Assembly: GCA_951406725.2 (NCBI GenBank)
Contig: OX597815.1
Coordinates: forward strand, 139,748,001 to 139,812,000
Length of the DNA: 64,000 bases
Source: Octopus vulgaris
Taxonomy: Eukaryota
Direction: 5' to 3'
Below are positions 55,647 through 64,000 of the stretch, in pieces (position 1 is the first letter of the stretch; each line of letters opens with the position of its first letter). The notes beneath the pieces were generated by a model that worked only from the letters and a program-made list of their open reading frames with translations, was not told the origin of the DNA and ran no database searches. The translations under genes were made by a program, and so were the position numbers.

Positions 55647-56365
55647 ATGTGTGTGTGTACCTACTTTACATACGAGAATGCATGTACACGCGGGCGCAAA
55701 ATTTCATACAGCATTGTATGGATGCGCCTAGGCACAAGGCCAGTGATATTACGTTGGGGCACTGAATCCTTCAACAACCAGAAACCTCGGCTCGATTGTG
55801 TCCCGGGAACATTAGCCCATCCTAGGCTAACATGCGCGACCAAATAGCCGATAAAACCTCTGCATCCAACCTCAATGCAAGATCGTCATATTTTCATCAA
55901 CACCGCATATTTAATTCTCCTCTCATTAGCTTCCTCAATTATCTTGAATGAGAGCTCTAATAAAACCACCTGCTTAGATACTTTCAAGATCAGCATTGTG
56001 TTTAGTATTAGCGATGTTCAGTTAACAGCTTCCTGGAGCTTAACAGTCTTCCGGGGCTTGTCCAGTTGTCGCAGCTAGTCAAGGAGGTTACCACAGGTTG
56101 AAAAATGTGATGGCTTTTCTGTCCTTGGTGAAAGCGGTTAGAATAGCTAGTCTCACTGCAGCTGAAACTGGCCATGACCTGCTGATATGCTCATAGTGCC
56201 AGCGGTAGCGAACCGCCCTGGATAGCATCTGACTAATGTACTCCGGGATTTATAACTTCAGACACGAAGACCAAGTTGATAACACATTCTATCAAATACT
56301 ATATACATACTGATTGTGTGTGTGTGTTTCATATATATATATATATATATAAACACGCACACATA

Positions 56366-56730
56366 TACTCTTTACTCTTTTACTTGTTTCAGTCATTTGA
56401 CTGCGGCCATGCTGGAGCACCGCCTTTTTTTTTAGTCGAGCAAATCAACCCCGGGACTTATTCTTTGTAAGTACTTATTCTATCGGTCTCTTTTTGCCGA
56501 ACCGCTAAGTGACGGGGATGTAAACACACCAGCACACAAACACACACACATATATATACATATATACGACAGGCTTCTTTCAGTTTCCGTCTACCAAATC
56601 CACTCACAAGGCATTGGTCGGCCCGAGGCTATAGCAGAAGACACTTGCCCAAGGTGCCACGCAGTGGGACTGAACCCGGAACCATGTGGTTGGTTAGCAA
56701 GCTACTTACCACACAGCCACTCCTGCGCCT
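56366..56730 (-). mobile_element. tRNA-derived SINE, young copy
   Basis: Colinear with 13714-14085; intact A box TGGCTGTGTGG and B box GGTTCAGTCC. Confidence 0.9.
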
Positions 56731-56834
56731 ATATATATATATATATATAATGTAAAACACACACATATATATACATATACACACACACACACATATATAT
56801 ATATATAATGTAAAACACACATATATATACATAT

Positions 56835-56865
<31 letters not shown>

Positions 56866-57619
56866 CATACATACATACGAGCATGTGTAGATAGACAGAT
56901 GCACCTTTTATGCATGACATCGTTTTAACACGCCCATGATTGCATGGACTGGACGGAGTTTATTTGAAGCAAATGTTCTTCAGCCGGATGCCTATCCAAG
57001 AAGAACCTTCACCTGTTTCACAGCAAGGTAACGTTTTCCTATGACCAGACAAATTTACACAGAATATTGGAAATTAATACCACTACTTGCTTAACAATGA
57101 TCCTCATTTACAGCTATACACGATGCGAAGACAAGGAAACACTGCGCAAAACACACTGTACATACACACATGCATACATACATATATATATACGTGGGGT
57201 GGGCCAAAAGTCACGAAGTCTTACTTGTACCATCAACTAAATTTATATTGTGAGTCTGTGTTCATCTTGTATATACAGATACACACTCATATATACATGT
57301 ATTTAAATATATGTATAGATGTATATATGTACACGCATACATACATATCTGTATCTCATCATTTTAACGTTCACTTTTCCATGCTTGAATCAGACGGAGT
57401 TTTAGGCAAAATTTCTATAACTGGATGCCCTTCTTTGTTTCCAAGATAACTTTCCCATGGCCAGAGATATACATGTAAAATACTACATATGAATCACACT
57501 GTGCGACTGACAGTTGTTTACAACTATCAAATGATGTTAAGACTAGGAGGCACAAACATACACTCAGGTATGGCCATAATAACCTTATACACCATGCATT
57601 TCAAAGCTTTTCTGTGGTT

Positions 57620-57975
57620 ATCGACTATCATAAGCTATTATATAGCAGGAATACATGTGGAAATCTATTAGTGTACACAGAATTCATAGGCTTTACTTCA
57701 TATCACAATTGTTTCTGTGCATTAGTAACAACTGTTAGTCACTGAGTTTTCTTCCATATTATGCATATTAATTATAGAAAGGTGATCCAGCAAAAGCTGT
57801 GTACTCACCTGATGACATGTGAGTACACAACTATGTGCTGGATCATATTCATATATGTATGATACAGAAAAATCAATAACACATTACTAATGCACAGAAA
57901 CAAGTGTTGCGACTGATTAAAGTCTGTTAATTCTATCTTGCATTATAAATATACAGACGTATCTCTTATGATAAA
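57620..57975. mobile_element. Fold-back (long imperfect palindromic) element, probably a MITE
   Basis: Nested inverted matches: TGTGTACTCAC/GTGAGTACACA around 57809-57818, TGATCCAGCA/TGCTGGATCA, a perfect 20-mer 57709-57728 vs 57884-57903, and TATCATAAG/CTTATGATA further out. Confidence 0.7.
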
Positions 57976-58041
57976 AGGCATACATAGATAAAACACAATC
58001 ACACATACACAATGATTTGATTATCTAGACAGAGATATTAA

Positions 58042-58468
58042 CCCTTTAGCATTCATATTACTCTATCAAATGTAATGTGGCACGTAAAAAGCACCGTTCG
58101 AGTGTGGTCAATGCCAGTGTGCTGGCTCACTAGCCCCTGTGCCGGTGGTACATAAAAAGCACTCACTACACACTCGGAGTGGTTGGCATTAGGAAGGGCA
58201 CCCAGCTGTAGAAATCTTGCCAGATCAGATTGGAGCAACCTCCTGGTTTGCCAGTCCTCAGTCAAACCGTCCAACCCATGCCAGCATGGAAAGCAGATGT
58301 TAAACAACGATGATGATTGTTTTGAATTAATCATGCTTTATTTTGTAGCTTTGAGATTTCAATGTGATTGTTTATTTTCAGAATAAGATTATAGGGTAAA
58401 AGGTTGGATATGGCCATAAAACAGGTAGATCATTTTGGCCAGATATGGCCAGTTTAAATGCTTAAGGG
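58042..58468. mobile_element. piggyBac-type MITE family A interrupted by an RTE tail (58077-58317)
   Basis: TTAA|CCCTTTAGCATTCA ... GGCCAGTTTAAATGCTTAAGGG (right TSD decayed); nested GTGCCGGTGG / GGAAGGGCA.CC / (GAT)n module. Confidence 0.8.
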
Positions 58469-59039
58469 AACAAGAAAGCAGATGAATTAGAAAGAGGAGT
58501 TCAAAAAGAAATAATACCTATAGCTTCCATTCCAAATCTTTCACATATTCAGCAAAGTATAATTAATTTTATTGAAATAATTTAAACATTGGCAAGACTC
58601 AAGAGATCTGCTATCAAGCTTTAATCTTCCATTATTTCAGACAGATCTATCAACATACAAAAATCTATCAGATATAGCAAGGCTTGAAGACTTCGCTGAC
58701 TTTGAATAAGTCGAGTCTCTTCTCAACTAAAGTCTCTCACAAACAGATCGTATGCATCTACTTTTGTGTTCTTGTGGAAATTATCCAGAAACTTTATGAT
58801 ATTTATTCCAATGCAGATATTACCATCAAAGAGAGAAGATATATTACAAAACCAATCTTGAAAAGGTTATCAAATTTGGAAGTGCAATTCATTTTCAAGG
58901 ATCCACAACCCATAAATAAGATGTTCAAATTCATTGAAGCTACAAAATGATTGAACATAAAAATCTGACTGCTAGTTATCTCTATTTTTGCTTTCTTTTT
59001 TGTCATATCGGTTTTTTTTTCTCTCTATGTAAATGGCAT

Positions 59040-59399
59040 TCTTTTACTTGTTTCAGTCATTGGATTGTGGCCATGCTGGAGCACTGCCTTAAAGAGTTTC
59101 TGTCAAACAAATCAATCCCAGGACATTCTTTGTAAGCCTAATACGTATTCTATTGATAACTTTTGCTGAACTGCTAAGTTACAGTGATTAAAATACAGCA
59201 ACATCAGGGGGACAAGCACAGACACAAAGTCATACACATGTATACAACAGGCTTCTTTCAGTTTCCATCTACCAAATACACTCACAAGGCTTTGGTCGGC
59301 CTGAGGCTATCGCAGAAGACACTCGTCCAAGGTGCCACACAGTGGGACTGAACCTGGAATCATGTAGTTGGGAAGCAAGCTTCTTACCACACAGCCACT
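59040..59399 (-). mobile_element. tRNA-derived SINE copy (older, CpG-decayed)
   Basis: Colinear with 13714-14085, with many CG to TG/CA changes. Confidence 0.85.
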
Positions 59400-59631
59400 A
59401 CGTTTTTACAGTCTATCATGACTTATCAGCTTTAAATGTGTGTGTTTGTGTGTATTGTTGATGTCATGATAATTTTATAAACTTTCAAGAGAACTTGAAA
59501 TAGTTCTTTTGGAACACTGACTTCTGATGCACACAACACATGAAACTTTAAATAGCATGCCAATATAACATTATGTGATGTGCCTCAAGAGTCAATATTC
59601 CAAAATACGTACATACACATATGTGTGTGTT

Positions 59632-59691
<60 letters not shown>

Positions 59692-59952
59692 CACATTTAC
59701 ACATACACATATTGTACAGGCTAAATCAGAAGTCTCTTTGGCATTCAAATAATATATGAAAGTTATATTATGAGGATTTTAATATATTTTCCAGGTTATC
59801 TTTGCACTTTGTCCTGAATATCTGTTGATATAGTCATCATTATTGTTTAACCTTCACTTTTCCATGCTTGCAGAGGTCAAACGTACTTTGAGACAGATTC
59901 CCTGCAGATGGATATTTTCCTTGCCATCTATTATGTGTTTCCAAGCGAAGTA

Positions 59953-60070
59953 ATATTTCCAGCTTCCATGGGGACAAAAATGAATGATGACACTACGTAT
60001 CATATATATATATATATATATGATAAGTAGGGTCATCATTCATTTTTGTCCCCATGGAAGGTGGAAATAT
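59953..60070. repeat. 118-bp near-perfect palindrome centred on a (TA)n tract
   Basis: Arms are reverse complements with three mismatched pairs; ORFs 59854-60039(-) and 59984-60166(+) begin with nearly the same peptide. Confidence 0.92.
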
Positions 60071-60607
60071 ATAACTTATAAAACAAGGGCAAAAGAAAAA
60101 ATTCTAATGCCAAATATGCCGAAAATAGACAAATTGTCAATAACCATTATAATTTGTCACTATTAACATGCATCTCGAAACAAGCCGACAGAAATTTCTA
60201 AAAAAAAATTCCGTTATTACTGTATTGGTCCCAATTTCAGAGTTAATTCGTAAGAATTTTCTCGTTAGCGATAAATACGTAAGACATAAATGAAATACTT
60301 ACTCATACCCATGGAAAAAGCAAGCACTAAGATATATATATATATAAACAAACACGTTTAGTAAATGGTAAGGTGAAAGCAGTCCTTTGAATTACTAGTT
60401 CAATTTATTTGACAAGCTTCCGTAGTGTTTATCTTCCCGATTTCAAACATATGAAACAGGTGATGGAAAATCAATACTAGAATACCTAGAGTACCGTGCA
60501 CTGGTAGAGGACCTTGAGATTACTAAACAAACTTCATAACCATTCAAAATGTTGTATCCACTGTGCATAAATATAATTATATATACATGTGTGTGTGTGT
60601 GTGTATA

Positions 60608-61434
60608 CAGGGTTAAGTAAATAAACTCTTGTCTAAATTACGCAAAAATGAAAATAAGTGACATCTCATTTTGACATTTACCAAGATTACATAAAAATAT
60701 CTGGAAATATTAAAGAGTAAATTTATTCAATAAAATCGCCATTTACTTCAACCATGGCCTCCAGACAACTTTGGAAACTGTCATGGATGATTTCATTGTT
60801 TAAGTTGGTGAATGCTGCCATAATCCTTGCCTTCAGTTTATCTTTGATGTTAAAAGGAGTTTTGTTGGTCTCTAGCTCAACTACGCTCCACACATAAGGG
60901 GGTTGCAATCCTGGGAGTTAGGTGGCCAGATATTAGGGGTGATATTGTTGCAGAAATTGTCTGACAGCCATAACTGGGTTCTCCTGCTTGTGTGGAATTA
61001 TTGCCAGACACAGGGTCTTCCAGCAGCCACTCCCTTGACCCAGGGCAGTACTACCTCCTCCAGGCACTTCATGTAGGCCTCCAAGTTCAGTGTGAGGCCG
61101 TGTAAGAAGATGGCGGTATAATGTCACCATCACTAGTGATCACTCCAAACAACACCATGTTGATTGGATGTTTTGATTTTTATCATCCTTTGTACATGTC
61201 CTTCAAATTGCACCCAAACACTTTGAAATGTTTGTATTGGAGCTTCCGGCACAAATGCCAAGCAGTACAGCATGTGGTTTCCAAATTTCTGGCAGAGTGA
61301 TTGCGTCAGAGTGCTGTGTTCTTCACAGACAATGCCCAACTGATCCTACTATACTGTGTGGCCAACAAAATTAAAAAGAAACAGTGTACATGTGCAAAAA
61401 AATATAAGAGTGACAATTTATTCATCACACCCTG
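60608..61434 (-). mobile_element. Tc1/mariner-superfamily transposon (mariner/maT-like), internally deleted, with pseudogenised transposase
   Basis: TA|CAGGGT ... ACCCTG|TA ends. Minus strand AAGRPCVWQ*..HTSRRTQLWLSDNFCNNITPNIWPPNSQDCNP / YVWSVVE...LKARIMAAF...LEAMVEVNGDFIE* carries the WPPNSPD.NP catalytic-region motif. Confidence 0.88.
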
Positions 61435-61436
61435 TA

Positions 61437-61489
<53 letters not shown>

Positions 61490-61919
61490 GCACACACACA
61501 CAAAAAAAAATACATATATATCAATATGCTTGTGTAAACAAATATGTTTACACATATACATATGTAATAGAATTACTTATTGGGATGGGGAAGTACAGCA
61601 GTGAGGAAAGGAAATAGTAGCAGGGGTTATTGAACAAAAAATGGAGATTGAGTGTAAAGGTATTAGGGTGAGTTGTGTAAGGGTGTCTAGGACTATCCTA
61701 CATCACAAGGGCATGTTAGGATCGGTGGGGTAGAAAGGAAGCAAAAGACTAGGGTGGGGAGGAATCTGAGTCACAGAAGGAAAGAGATGTGGGATCATGG
61801 GAAATAGGCCAGAGGGTGAATGCAGTAAGAACAGTGGAAGTGACGCAGAGGATGAAGGAGCAATGGGTGAGAGCAGTGGAAAATACACGTATGCCTACAT
61901 AAACACATACATATATACA

Positions 61920-62305
61920 TTCTTTTACTTGTTTCAGCCATGCAGGAGCACCACCTTAAAGGATTTTAGTCGAAGATCTCGACCCCAAGACTTATTCTTT
62001 GTAAACCTAGCACTTCTTTCATTGTTGTTTTTTTTTTTGCCAAACCGCTAAATTACAAGGATTTAAACATACCAACATCGCTTGTCAAACAATAGTGGGG
62101 GGACAAACACAGACACAAATATATAAATACATACACACACACATATATACACACAAACAGGCTTCTTTCAGTTTCTATCTACCAAATCCACTCACAAGGC
62201 TTTGGTCAGACCGAGGCTATATAAGACACTCGCCTAAGGTGTCATGCAATGGGACTGAACCTGGAACTATGTGGTTGGGAAGCAAGCTTCTTACCACACA
62301 GTCAT
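61920..62305 (-). mobile_element. tRNA-derived SINE copy (older)
   Basis: Colinear with 13714-14085. Confidence 0.82.
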
Positions 62306-62310
62306 ACACA

Positions 62311-62360
<50 letters not shown>

Positions 62361-62987
62361 CAAATAATGTCTGTACTGGCATAGGCTGGACTGTTCAGCC
62401 AATAAACAATAGGACTGCATAGAACTATCTCCTTTGGCATGGTTTTTAAAGCAGGAGCCCTTGCTAATGCTGACCACTTCACAGAGTATAGTGAGTGCTT
62501 TTTTAGTGACACCAGCATAAGTGAGGTTATCAAGCCCATGCAAAGCAAGACCTGTCAACTGAGTTCTGTATTGAAGGGAAATACATAGGCAAAGGAATTG
62601 AGTCTCACTGAAGTGGAGATACATGGCTTCCCCATCTGGAAAGAGGGAGATGGAGAGCCACAGTCTGAAGATACAGAGTGAATATCAGAAAGAATGAAGA
62701 TAGAGGTACAAAAGTGTGTGTGTGTATAGTATAAACATACTTATACATATACACATATTTATATATATATATATGCACAAACATTTTCACACACAGAAAC
62801 ACAAAAACATGGATATATTCATGTGTGTGTATGTATAAATGTATTCATACAATTTTCTGAACATTTTAACAAGGAAAAGATTGACAATGTTTGGCTGTGT
62901 GATGTCTTTTGTCAGATATGTGATGATACTGACATGGAGAACTTCTCATTTACTGTCAATACACTTGTTGTATAGCGTATCTGATAC

Positions 62988-63023
<36 letters not shown>

Positions 63024-63343
63024 TGCAAGCACAATATATAATATATAGTACACACATACAATATAATATATATATCATCATCAGTTAACATCCGTTTTCT
63101 GTGTTGGCTAGGGTAGAGTAATTTATCAGTTAATGTTTCATTATACATACCTACAGATAATTGCACACACACACACACATTTTATCATACAAACACACAC
63201 AATCTCTCTAGAGAAATATATAAATTGAAAAGGAAAAAAAAACACGTGTATGTAGAAATTTGTGTTAACTCAGTTTGTTTCTTTCAAAGTTTATCATGTT
63301 ACATTTACAATTAGATAGAATCTTATTTATTAATAAATAAGGC

Positions 63344-63400
<57 letters not shown>

Positions 63401-63736
63401 TATTACATGGTAGATTTGTGTATAGCAACATTACGTCATACAGTGATGAAGGCACAGAGGAGTACAGAAGGCAGAAAAAAAGGCACCTCATATACCAGTT
63501 ATGGTTGATAAGGAAGTGAAGGATGCATAGCAACTAGCATAACTGATGGTGTTTGTGGTGATGGTGCAACAGTGGACCATATCTCTCTGTCCTTGCTAAC
63601 AGTACATGTTTATGACAAAAGAAAACATGTACTTTGATATAGTTCTTGTTCAAATACACATCAAACTAATGTGGAGATATCATGGAAAGCAAATGAATTC
63701 TAAGTATTATAAGCCTGTATATATCAATTAAATGGT

Positions 63737-63776
<40 letters not shown>

Positions 63777-64000
63777 ATTTTTAAATTATCAAAGCGAGAA
63801 AGAGAGTCTATTTATTCTCAATTCTATCCAGTGTCTACTACACATGCATAATATCGTCAAGTAGCGTATCACCATACCTCGATGATGTCTGGGATTACAT
63901 TAGAAAATAGATTCAACACACACACGCATGCAGCCTATGCCAATATGTTTTCACACCCGTTTTGAAAACTAAAGACAAGAAACAAAAAAAACAAAACCAA

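Larger units (their letters stand above)
50800..56300. promoter_or_regulatory. CpG-retaining (probably hypomethylated) promoter-like zone of the CELF gene, with GA-repeat tracts
   Basis: By eye, CG dinucleotides are common here in unique sequence but scarce across most of 3.5-50.5 kb. GA repeats at ~51501-51557 and ~53725-53742. Surrounds the putative first coding exon. Not counted formally. Confidence 0.55.

Noticed and set aside
55680-56260. CpG-containing non-repetitive stretch with short ORFs
   Set aside because: No convincing protein motif or splice structure; may be an old LINE fragment but cannot be supported.

Overview
AT-rich, microsatellite-dense eukaryotic DNA. The repeat families point to a coleoid cephalopod, most likely Octopus (inferred from repeat recognition only). 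The window holds the 5' part of one large minus-strand gene, a CELF1/2-type (Bruno/CUGBP) RNA-binding protein. Three RRM1-region exons are well supported (26307-26138, 19492-19410, and 15-1, cut by the window edge), with canonical splice sites and matching phases. A probable upstream coding exon (53403-53228) lies in a CpG-retaining, promoter-like zone (~50.8-56.3 kb). The introns (~26.9, 6.6 and 19.4 kb) and upstream DNA are filled with (TA/CA)n arrays, tRNA-derived SINEs, RTE-LINE 3' ends, RTE, R4/Dong-like and CR1-like fossils, piggyBac-type and hAT MITEs, a Charlie-like hAT, a Tc1/mariner, a Chapaev3-like fossil and a Helitron. Nearly all ORF-track entries are microsatellite or chance ORFs. 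Best lead (a hypothesis): two alternative donors on the upstream exon would switch between an NLS-bearing, N-terminally extended CELF and a uORF whose stop overlaps the short-isoform start (AUGA), with a UG-rich tract right at the second donor, suggesting autoregulation. Other leads are a 466-bp templated local duplication fused to an RTE insertion, fold-back palindromes, and inverted MITEs flanking the RRM1 exon.
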